Shown here in pieces: positions 47,601-55,139 of a stretch of DNA of 55,139 nt (position 1 is the first letter of the stretch; each line of letters starts with the position of its first letter). Source of the DNA: Candidatus Sericytochromatia bacterium (GTDB taxonomy: Bacteria > Cyanobacteriota > Sericytochromatia > S15B-MN24 > UBA4093); assembly GCA_036676985.1 (NCBI GenBank), contig JAKFBU010000051.1, positions 1 to 55,139 on the forward strand, written 5' to 3'. The position numbers and the translations under genes were made by a program. Below the pieces are notes generated by a model. The model did no database searches. It was not told the origin of the DNA and saw only the letters and a program-made list of their open reading frames with translations.

Positions 47601-49208
47601 CTAGGCGCCCGGAGTCCTCAGCGGCACTGAGAACCAGAACACGCTGCCCTTGCCGACCTCGCTCTCGACGCCGATGGATCCGCCGTGGGCCTGCACGAGG
47701 CCCTTGGCGATCGCAAGCCCCAGCCCCGCCCCGCCGGCGCGCCGCGTGGTGCTCATGTCGAGCTGGAAGAAGTGCTCGAAGAGGCGCGGCCGGTCGGCCT
47801 CGGCGATGCCGCAGCCGGTGTCCGAGACCTCGGTGACGAGCTCGCCGTCGCGGACGAAGGCCTTGATGCCGATCTGCCCGCCGCGGGCGGTGAACTTCAC
47901 GGCGTTGCTCAGGAGGCTCGTGAGCACCTTGACCATGCGCATGCTGTCCATCCAGACGGGTGCGTCGGCCGCGAGGTCGACCGTGATCTCGAGCTGCTTC
48001 TCGTTGGCCAGGGGGTGGATGATGCCAATCGCCTGGTCCACCAGGGCCGGGTAGATCACCGTGGTCGGGCTGAGCTGCAGCTTGCCCGCCGCGAGCTGGC
48101 TCATGTCGAGCAGGTCGTTGATGAGCGCGAGCATCTGCTTGCCGCCCTTCATCATCCGCTCCATGCAGTCGCGCTGCTGGGGCGTCAGCGGGCCCTGGAG
48201 CTCGGCCTGCAGCATGCCCCCGAAGCCGAGGATGAGGTTCAGCGGGGTGCGCAGCTCGTGGCTGATGACCGCGAGGAACTGGTCCTTGTAGCGATCGTTC
48301 TCCCGCAGCTGGGTGTTGGCCGACTGGAGCTCCTGGATGGAGCGCTCGACCTGGTCGGCCATCTGGTTGAAGGCGGTGGCGACGGTGTCGAACTCGACGT
48401 TCTTGAGGCTCGGCACCCGGGCACCGAGGCGGCCCTTGCCCACGGCCAAGGAGGCCTCTTCCAGGGCGCGCAGGGGGAACATGACGCGCCAGATGACGAG
48501 CACGGCCAGCACCAGGGTCATGAGCACCGCCACCGAGTAGAGGATCGCAAGCTTTTGCTCGATGCCCCGCTCCTGGGCGGCCATCTGGTGACCTGCCTCG
48601 ACGAGGGCGCGGTCCTGCTGGGCGATGAGGGCATCGAGCCGCGCGTCGAGGACGAGCTTGAACTGGTTGCCCTCCTGGATGAGCTGCGTGAGGGATTCCG
48701 GCTTGGCACCGGCGCGGCGCACTTCGATCATGCGCGCGCCGAAGCTCGAGAACGCGAGGTGGCGTCGTTCGAGATCCGCCAGGACCATCCGGGTGGCCGG
48801 ATCCGTGTCGAGCTCCCGCAGGGCCTGCAGGGAGTGGTGGAAGACCTGCTGACCGTCGTACCAGGGCTTGAGCAGCGTTTCGTCACCCGTGATGACGAAG
48901 CCCCGGAGTCCCACGAAAGTGCGCTCGTTGGCGATCTTGAGGTGGTAGGCCTCCTGGAGCACCGGGACGCGAATCCCCCCCACCTGCGCCTCGTGGGCGC
49001 GGATTTCGACGAGGCCCCGCTGCGCGACCAGGGTCATGCCCGTGATCAGGAGCAGGCTGATCCCCACGAGCATCAGCACCCAGAAGCGCGTGCTGCGCGG
49101 CCACAGCGAGACGTGCGGAGGGATAAGGGAGGTGAAAGCCAGCTGCCAACCGCCCTCGCGCGGCGCGCGGGGCAGGGGGGTCGATTCGACTGGCGCCGCG
49201 TGTGCCAT
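47601..49208 (-). CDS. Sensor histidine kinase (TM, 4-helix/CHASE3-like sensor, TM, HAMP, HisKA, HATPase)
   Basis: SHELRTPL, LLSNAVKF, DTGCGI, GAGLGL. Start uncertain (49208 or 49274). Confidence 0.9.
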   Translation of the reverse strand: MAHAAPVESTPLPRAPREGGWQLAFTSLIPPHVSLWPRSTRFWVLMLVGISLLLITGMTLVAQRGLVEIRAHEAQVGGIRVPVLQEAYHLKIANERTFVGLRGFVITGDETLLKPWYDGQQVFHHSLQALRELDTDPATRMVLADLERRHLAFSSFGARMIEVRRAGAKPESLTQLIQEGNQFKLVLDARLDALIAQQDRALVEAGHQMAAQERGIEQKLAILYSVAVLMTLVLAVLVIWRVMFPLRALEEASLAVGKGRLGARVPSLKNVEFDTVATAFNQMADQVERSIQELQSANTQLRENDRYKDQFLAVISHELRTPLNLILGFGGMLQAELQGPLTPQQRDCMERMMKGGKQMLALINDLLDMSQLAAGKLQLSPTTVIYPALVDQAIGIIHPLANEKQLEITVDLAADAPVWMDSMRMVKVLTSLLSNAVKFTARGGQIGIKAFVRDGELVTEVSDTGCGIAEADRPRLFEHFFQLDMSTTRRAGGAGLGLAIAKGLVQAHGGSIGVESEVGKGSVFWFSVPLRTPGA

Positions 49209-49314
49209 CCCGGAAGGTCCTCGCTCGGTCGATTCCGCGGTCAAAAAGCCGCAGATCGAGTACACCAGCTTCATAGCGCCTGCGAATCGGAAATTACTAC
49301 GGATCCTCTCTAGA

Positions 49315-49366
49315 TTTGAATCGGTCTTAAACCTTCCTTAATTCAAGCTTAGGTCAGCGATAAGAA
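49315..49366. promoter_or_regulatory. 11-bp-periodic YTTAA-like direct repeats (OmpR/PhoB-type box)
   Basis: TTTGAATC 49315, CTTAAACC 49326, CTTAATTC 49337, CTTAGGTC 49348, GATAAGAA 49359. Confidence 0.5.
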
Positions 49367-49434
49367 GGTTAATCAATTCTCACCCAAATAACTCCCCACA
49401 TAGTCCCCAACGTCGTAAGGAGTTTCCGCCCCCC

Positions 49435-50100
49435 ATGCGTTCGATAAGTCTCGTCCTGATCGCCGCCCTCTTGATGACCAGCCTCGCGGGCTGCGGCCGT
49501 CCCCCTGTCGCGGTATCCACGGCCGTCGCCACCGACCGCCTGCAGGCGGAGGGCGAGCGGGCCGACAAGCTCGCCCGCGCGTTCTCCGTCAAGGTCCGTG
49601 AGCGGTTCGAAGGAAACGTCGGCATCACGGGCTCGGTGGTGACGCTGCACTACCAGTTGATGGCGCCTACCGTCTACGACTTCGCCAAGACCCCGCGCAC
49701 GGGGCTGGTGCGGGTCAGCTCCAAGGATTTCGAGCTGGATCTGCCGCTCGAGAAGGTCATGCAGAGCGCCGAGATCGACGCCCTGCCGGCCCTGGTCATC
49801 CCCATCGCCATCGAGGTGGCCATCGGGGCCGCCAAGGGCCTCTCCATCTACTGGCTGACCCATCGCGGCGAGCAGTTCAACAAGCAGGAGGCTCTCAAGG
49901 CCACGGCCGTCGGCATGCTCTCGGCCCTGATTCCCTTCGTGGGGCAGGTGGCCATCCTCAACCAGCTGTTCCCGCTGGCCGTGAACATCCTCGCCGCGTC
50001 CAAGACCCTGCACTACAAGGACATCGCCGCGGCCGCCCTCAACATGGTCGACGAGATCGTGCTGGTGCTCACGCAGATCCGCTGGCACCGCGAGAAGTAG
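49435..50100 (+). CDS. Hypothetical lipoprotein with hydrophobic C-terminal half
   Basis: Lipobox LAGC; AAGGAG RBS. Confidence 0.78.
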   Translation: MRSISLVLIAALLMTSLAGCGRPPVAVSTAVATDRLQAEGERADKLARAFSVKVRERFEGNVGITGSVVTLHYQLMAPTVYDFAKTPRTGLVRVSSKDFELDLPLEKVMQSAEIDALPALVIPIAIEVAIGAAKGLSIYWLTHRGEQFNKQEALKATAVGMLSALIPFVGQVAILNQLFPLAVNILAASKTLHYKDIAAAALNMVDEIVLVLTQIRWHREK

Positions 50101-50317
50101 GCGAGAGGTCGAGGACGTTGTCCCTCCACGAAGGCCGATCGTACGAGACGAGCAGCAGGGTACCCGGGGACAGCGCCAGGGTGCTCATGCCGGATCCGTT
50201 GGAGCCCACCAGGCCGACGCGGTCGCCGGGATGGACGTGGCACGTCAGGTCGGAAAAAAGGGCATCAGGCTGGGAGGAGTGGCGAAAGGCCACCCGGGAG
50301 GCTTGCAGCAAACTCAT
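50069..50317 (-). pseudogene. Internally deleted ABC-F ATPase remnant
   Basis: LFSDL..HVHPGDRVGLVGSNGSGMSTL (Walker A with K>M) joined directly to PGTLLLVSYDR (the VSHDR H-loop with H>Y). Confidence 0.72.
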
Positions 50318-50331
50318 TCGCAGTCCCTTCG

Positions 50332-50400
50332 CAGCGGAGCATGGCTCCGCTGGGCAATCCGTCGAATGGTTTACTGACTCATGGGTGCTGGGCCTCCTCT
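50332..50400 (-). promoter_or_regulatory. Leader of the ABC-F remnant: strong SD, uORF Met-Ser-Gln-stop (50382-50371) and hairpin
   Basis: Minus strand AGAGGAGG-N10-ATG AGT CAG TAA. A 9-bp stem CAGCGGAGC/GCTCCGCTG (50332-50352) abuts the RBS of the remnant. Confidence 0.55.
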
Positions 50401-50415
50401 GGTCACGAGGCGCCC

Positions 50416-51996
50416 TTACACCCGACGCTCGGCTCCCGTGTCAAGCCCCATGCGGGTCGGGGCGTCCAGCGGCAGCCGGAACCAGAAGACGCTGCCCTCG
50501 CCCGGCACGCTGCGCAGCCCGATGGATCCGTGGTGGGCCTCGACGAGCGCCTTGCTGATGGCGAGACCGAGTCCGGTCCCGCCCCGCTGGGAGCCCGCCG
50601 ACAGCTGCGAGAAGCGCCGGAAGAGCTTGGCCTGATCGGCCGGATCGATGCCGGGTCCGGAGTCCTGGACCTCGACCCCGAGCTCCGCGGGCTCGCGGAA
50701 GAGCCGCACCTCTACCCGGCCGCCCCGCGGCGTGAACTTGAGGGCATTGCCGATCAGGTTGAGGAGCACCTGCTCGATCCGGTGCCCGTCCATCATGAGC
50801 AGGGCGGGAGCCGGCGGACGCCGCCAGGAGAGCGCGACGCCGCTGTCCTGGGCCTGGGGCCGCAAGCTCCGGATCACCTCGTCGACCTTGGCCCCGAGAT
50901 CCTCCTCCTGGTAGACCAGCCGGAAGGTGTTGGCGTCCAAGCGGGCGAAGTCGAGGAGGTCGTCCAGGAGGTGCTCGAGGCGTCTCGAGCCCCGCTGGAT
51001 CTGCGCCACGAACTCTCGCTGGGTCTCGGACAGGGCTCCGCCGAGCTCGTCCTCCAGAAACTCGGCGTAGCCCATCATGGAGGTGAGCGGCGTGCGCAGC
51101 TCGTGGGAGACGGCGTTGACGAACTGGCTCTTGAGCCGATCGAGCTCCCGGTAGGCCTCGAGCTCCGCCTTGGCCGCCTGCTCCCGGGCGCGCAGCTCGA
51201 CCTGGGCCTCCTCGGCACGCTTGCGCTCCGTCTGGTCCTCCATGGCGCCGATCATGCGCGTGACATGGCCCGCCGCGTCGCGCAGGAAGTAGCCGCGATC
51301 GCGGACGTCGGCGTAGCTGCCGTCCTGGCGCAAGAAGGGGTACTCCTCGGTCCAGTAGTCGTCCCCCGAGGCCATGGCGTCTTCCAGGCTCCGCACGACC
51401 CGGGAACGGTGGGCGGGGTGGATCTGTTCCGTCCACCAGGCGATGTCCAGCCGACCGTTCTCCGGGCGACCCGTCAGGCTGTGGACGCCCATGTTCCAGC
51501 TGATGGACCCTGCCTGGACGTCCCACTCGTAGAGGGCGTCGCTGGTGGCGTACGCCGCCCACTTGAAGCGCTCTTCGCTCTGTCTGAGGGCCTCTTCCAT
51601 GCGCCGGCGCTCCGTCAGGTCCGACACCATGGCCGTCGCCCCGATGAAGCGCCCGTCTTCGGCGAACACGGGGTTGGTGGAGACCTGGGCCCACAGCGCC
51701 GAGCCGTCGCGGGTGCGAAAGCGGAAGTCGAACTGCTCGGAGACCCCGTGGCGCCGCCGCTCCACCAGACAGGCGAGGCTGTCCTGGTCGTCCGGGAACA
51801 CCAGGTCGAAGAGGGTCAGGCCGACGAGCTCCGAGGCGCGCCAGCGGAGCAGATGGGCCATGTGCGCGTTGACGTAGTCAATCCGCATGGCGTAATCGAC
51901 GCTCAGCACGCCGATTACGGCCTGCTCGAGCATCTGGCGGAAGCGTGCGTCCGACACCGGGGGTCGAACCGGGGAGTCATCGGGATTAGTGGCCAT
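50416..51996 (-). CDS. Cytoplasmic PAS-PAS histidine kinase
   Basis: Two PAS/PAC units; SHELRTPL, LIGNALKF, DSGPGI, GTGLGL. Confidence 0.92.
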   Translation of the reverse strand: MATNPDDSPVRPPVSDARFRQMLEQAVIGVLSVDYAMRIDYVNAHMAHLLRWRASELVGLTLFDLVFPDDQDSLACLVERRRHGVSEQFDFRFRTRDGSALWAQVSTNPVFAEDGRFIGATAMVSDLTERRRMEEALRQSEERFKWAAYATSDALYEWDVQAGSISWNMGVHSLTGRPENGRLDIAWWTEQIHPAHRSRVVRSLEDAMASGDDYWTEEYPFLRQDGSYADVRDRGYFLRDAAGHVTRMIGAMEDQTERKRAEEAQVELRAREQAAKAELEAYRELDRLKSQFVNAVSHELRTPLTSMMGYAEFLEDELGGALSETQREFVAQIQRGSRRLEHLLDDLLDFARLDANTFRLVYQEEDLGAKVDEVIRSLRPQAQDSGVALSWRRPPAPALLMMDGHRIEQVLLNLIGNALKFTPRGGRVEVRLFREPAELGVEVQDSGPGIDPADQAKLFRRFSQLSAGSQRGGTGLGLAISKALVEAHHGSIGLRSVPGEGSVFWFRLPLDAPTRMGLDTGAERRV

Positions 51997-52047
51997 GGAT
52001 CCTTCTGGTAGGACGGTGCGGTGGGTGACCCGACAGGGCCCTCGACT

Positions 52048-52260
52048 TCAGTGGGGCGGGGCGTCTTCCGGCGCCTCGCGCTCGACCTGGCCGCGGGCGG
52101 CGCGCTCGCCGAACTCGCCTTCGAAGTCTCCCCGTGCCGCTTCGCGCTCGCCGAACTCGCCCTCGAAGTCCTCGTGCGCCGTCCGGCGCTCCGCGAGGTC
52201 CTCGTCGGACCCGACCCGCTCGACGCCGTGGGGCTCCGGGGGGATCCAGTCTCGTTCCAT
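52048..52260 (-). CDS. Small acidic hydrophilic protein (70 aa) with an internal 14-aa repeat
   Basis: GGGAGG RBS and ATG at 52260; DFEGEFGER occurs twice. Confidence 0.55.
   Translation of the reverse strand: MERDWIPPEPHGVERVGSDEDLAERRTAHEDFEGEFGEREAARGDFEGEFGERAARGQVEREAPEDAPPH
52101..52170. repeat. Direct repeat, 28-bp core with 42-bp period
   Basis: CGCGCTCGCCGAACTCGCC(T/C)TCGAAGTC at 52101 and 52143. Confidence 0.85.
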
Positions 52261-52332
52261 GCCGTCCACCTCCCTCGACCGGGGTACCTGTGTCCACAGC
52301 ATACCTCCAGCCGGGGTCGGATCAAGCGTCGC

Positions 52333-53778
52333 TCAGACGCCCGGAGCGGGCAGGGTGAACCAGAACGTGCTGCCCTTGCCCTCCTGGCTGACGACACCGA
52401 TCCGGCCGCCGTGGGCCTCGACCAGACCGCGGCTGATGGCGAGCCCAAGCCCGGCTCCGCCCTTGTCCCGGGAGTCCGCGCTCTTCACCTGGTGGAAGCG
52501 CTCGAAGATCCACCCGTGCATGGCGGCGGGGATGCCGCGCCCCTCGTCCTCCACGGTGAAGCGGGCGAAGTCGCCCTCGGCCCATGCCCGCACCCGGACC
52601 GGGCCTCCGGGAGGCGAGAACTTGATGGCGTTGCCCACCAGGTTGAGCAGCACCTGGATCACCCGATCGGGATCGGCACGCAAGGGGAGCGAGGTCAGGG
52701 CGACGTCCAGCGTCACGCCCGCCTTCTCCGCGATGGGGGCCATGGTGTCTTCGACCTGCAAGAGGAGGTTCTCCGCGTTGCAGGCCTCCAGGTCCATCAC
52801 CGCACGGCCGCTCTTGAGGCGTTCGAACTCGAGCAGGTCGTCGATGAGCCGGGCGAGGCGATCGGTGTTGGTGACGGCGATGTCGAGGATGCGCCGGCTC
52901 GCCTGGGGATCCTCGGCGAGCCTGTCGCTCGCCAAGAGCCGCAGGGAGGCGTAGACGGCGCTGAGCGGCGTGCGCAGCTCGTGGGCCACCGTCGAGACGA
53001 ACTGCTCGCGCAGGCGTTCGTGCTCGACCCGCTCGCTGATGTCGCGGGAGACGGCCTGGACGGCGAGCGGCGCGCCCGAAGCCGGATCGCGAATGGCCTG
53101 CTTGACGACCTCGAGCCAGAGCTCGCGGCCGTCCTTGGTCACGACCCGGTAGGTGGCCTTCGCCGTCTCACCCGATAGGGCCGCCAGGTGGGCCTGGCTC
53201 GCCACCGCCAGGTCCGCCGTCGGGATGAGCGCATGGCTGAAGCGACCGATCAGCTCCTCGGCGGTATAGCCCAGGAGGTGTTGGCAGGCCGGAGACGCGT
53301 ACTGGACCTCTCCGCTGGGCGACGTCAGGAGGATGACGTCGCTCGAGTTCTCGGCGAGCAGGCGGTAGCGCTGCTCGCTCTCCTTGAGGGCTTCGGCCAC
53401 GCGGCGCTGCTCGGTGACGTCCCGGGCGACGGCATAGACGTGACCCTCGGCGGACACCAGAGAGGCGTTCCACTCGAGCCAGCGATAGCTCCCGTCCTTG
53501 TGGCGATAGCGGTTCTGGAACGAGGGGGTGACGTTGCCGAGCGCGATCCGCTCGAACTCCTCGGCCGTCCGCGCCACGTCGTCCGGATGCACGAGGTCCC
53601 GGAAGGGACGCGCCATGAGCTCGGCCGCGCTGAAGCCCAGACCGCGCTCGAAGGCTGGATTGACGCGCCGGAAGTAGCCGTCCAGGCCTGCCAGGCAGCA
53701 CATATCGAAGGCGAGCATGAAGAACCGATCAGGCTCGTCCTGGGGGTGGGCTGGCAGCTGCGAATCCGTCGGGTCCAT
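52333..53778 (-). CDS. Cytoplasmic PAS-PAS histidine kinase
   Basis: Start MDPTDS with CGGAGG RBS. PAS motifs VHPDD and RHKDGSYRWL; AHELRTPL, LVGNAIKF, GAGLGL. Confidence 0.92.
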   Translation of the reverse strand: MDPTDSQLPAHPQDEPDRFFMLAFDMCCLAGLDGYFRRVNPAFERGLGFSAAELMARPFRDLVHPDDVARTAEEFERIALGNVTPSFQNRYRHKDGSYRWLEWNASLVSAEGHVYAVARDVTEQRRVAEALKESEQRYRLLAENSSDVILLTSPSGEVQYASPACQHLLGYTAEELIGRFSHALIPTADLAVASQAHLAALSGETAKATYRVVTKDGRELWLEVVKQAIRDPASGAPLAVQAVSRDISERVEHERLREQFVSTVAHELRTPLSAVYASLRLLASDRLAEDPQASRRILDIAVTNTDRLARLIDDLLEFERLKSGRAVMDLEACNAENLLLQVEDTMAPIAEKAGVTLDVALTSLPLRADPDRVIQVLLNLVGNAIKFSPPGGPVRVRAWAEGDFARFTVEDEGRGIPAAMHGWIFERFHQVKSADSRDKGGAGLGLAISRGLVEAHGGRIGVVSQEGKGSTFWFTLPAPGV

Positions 53779-53939
53779 GCGCCTCCGCTGCGAAGGGGGT
53801 CGGAGGATGCATACCCCAAACGGTGCGATGGTAAGACGATCGAGCGTGAAGAAGTTTGGAGGGATCTGTCGCCACTCGATGGCAATGCGACAACGTGGTG
53901 ACGTGACAACCATTCCATGGCGGCACCGTGCCAAAAGCT

Positions 53940-53972
53940 AGCGGCCATCCAGGTAATACCTGGATGGCCGCT
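53940..53972 (-). terminator. Perfect 16-bp inverted repeat downstream of the subtilase gene
   Basis: AGCGGCCATCCAGGTA-A-TACCTGGATGGCCGCT; minus strand continues AGCTTTT. Confidence 0.65.
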
Positions 53973-54015
53973 GCGATGGGTCCGTCGTGGGGCGTTGTTG
54001 TCGAGTGCGTAGTGT

Positions 54016-55139
54016 TTACCGGATCGGGTAGGGCCGGGGCATGCCACCGGGGTACGGCATCGGCTTGCCGGGCATGGGCTGCATGCCGGGACCCGGGTAG
54101 GCCGGCCGGCCGGGCATGGGCCGCATGCCGGGGGCCGGGAAGGGCGGACGAATGGGCCTGGGCCGCATGCCGGGAGCAGGCTGCGTCGGCGCCGGAGCCG
54201 GCGTGACGACCGGGGCCGGGGTCGGCTCGACCGCAGGAGGCTCGGTCGGCGCGGGGGCCGTACCGCCCGCGACGGACTCGAGGGCCTTGGCGACGTTGAT
54301 GCGCTTGACGGTGGCACCCGAGAAGCCGCTGGTGGGCTCGGCAGTGTTCTGCAGCGCCTCGCGGAGCTGCTGCACCGTCAGGTTGGGGTTCTTGGCGAGC
54401 ATCAGGGCCGCGGCACCCGCGACGTGGGGGCTGGCCATGCTCGTGCCCGAGTGCTCCTTGTAGCTCTTCTCGGTGGTCGAGAGGATGTTGAGGCCGGGGG
54501 CGGCGATGTCGAGGGTGCTGCCGTACTGCGAGAAGCTCGTGCGCTTGTCGCTCTGGTCCGTGGCGCCGACCGAGAAGGCGTTGGGGTAGGCCGCCGGGTA
54601 GTTGGCCGTCGAGTTGCCGTCGTTGCCGGCCGCGACCACGCAGAGCACGCCCTTGGCCGTGACCTGGTCGACGGCGTCCTGAAGGGCCTGCGACTTCTGG
54701 GGACCGCCCAGGGACAGGTTGATGACCTTGGCGCCCATCTCGGCGGCCTTGAGGATGCCCTTGGCGATGGCCGAGGTATCGCCCGAGCCGTCCGAGCCGA
54801 GCACCTTGATGGCGAGGATCTTGGTCTTGTAGGCCATGCCGACCACACCCGCGCCGTTGTTGCCGAGGGCGGCGATGGTGCCCGCCACGTGGCTACCGTG
54901 GCCCTGGTCGTCCATGGGATCGTTGTCGTTGTTGCCGAAGTCGTAGCCCTTGATCACCTGGCCCTGCAGGTCGGGGTGGTTGTAGTCCACGCCCGTGTCC
55001 ACGACCGCCACGACGATGTTCGGGTCACCGGCCGTGACGTCCCAGGCCGCGGGCATGTTGATCTTGGTGAAGCCCCACAGCTTCGAGAGCATCGGGTCGT
55101 TCACGGTCGCCTTCGCGTTCACCTCGAGGGCGCGGTAGA
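54016..55139 (-). CDS. S8 subtilisin/thermitase-like serine protease with Pro-rich tail (5' truncated by window edge)
   Basis: Catalytic triad VVDTG, HGSHVAG, GTSMASPHVAG; oxyanion motif AAGN. Frame is open to the window end. Confidence 0.93.
   Translation of the reverse strand, partial: YRALEVNAKATVNDPMLSKLWGFTKINMPAAWDVTAGDPNIVVAVVDTGVDYNHPDLQGQVIKGYDFGNNDNDPMDDQGHGSHVAGTIAALGNNGAGVVGMAYKTKILAIKVLGSDGSGDTSAIAKGILKAAEMGAKVINLSLGGPQKSQALQDAVDQVTAKGVLCVVAAGNDGNSTANYPAAYPNAFSVGATDQSDKRTSFSQYGSTLDIAAPGLNILSTTEKSYKEHSGTSMASPHVAGAAALMLAKNPNLTVQQLREALQNTAEPTSGFSGATVKRINVAKALESVAGGTAPAPTEPPAVEPTPAPVVTPAPAPTQPAPGMRPRPIRPPFPAPGMRPMPGRPAYPGPGMQPMPGKPMPYPGGMPRPYPIR

Noticed and set aside
52101-52170. 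28-bp direct repeat as a possible mini-CRISPR
   Set aside because: Only two copies, a 14-bp spacer, in frame within an ORF, and no cas genes.

Overview
High-GC (about two-thirds G+C by eye), gene-dense chromosomal window from a diderm bacterium. The gene content suggests a non-photosynthetic cyanobacterial relative such as Sericytochromatia; this is an inference, not verified. Left to right: a pilI-like permease, a pilG-like TPR protein and a type IV pilin; a TM-sensor-TM-coiled-coil protein; a six-gene lipoprotein operon (5720-17505) built from a conserved N-terminal beta-sandwich domain and IPT/TIG repeats; a second coiled-coil protein; ABC1 kinase, 2Fe-2S ferredoxin and XRE regulator; dapD-dapE-aminotransferase; a PilT/PilU ATPase; a peptidase-PD40-Omp85 protein; hemE-hemN-hemJ; ppk1; MFS transporter, HtpX, hydrolases, STAS protein, ArsC, adenylate cyclase and amidase; three orphan histidine kinases; an internally deleted ABC-F remnant that keeps a uORF/hairpin leader; and a truncated subtilase. 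I found no rRNA, tRNA, CRISPR array or transposase. The best candidate for an undescribed system is the lipoprotein operon. The first beta-strand of the shared N-domain (L-x-G-x-Phi-x-Phi/P) precedes an invariant R-x-x-Q-A motif and is mimicked by free C-terminal tails and by internal linkers. This suggests a protease-triggered donor-strand-exchange surface polymer, analogous to type V pili and possibly branched, with scaffold, shaft, tip and anchor subunits. A recurring GGG(T/C/A)A(T/A/C) element, mostly 28-36 nt upstream of start codons, suggests a SigB/SigF-type regulon.
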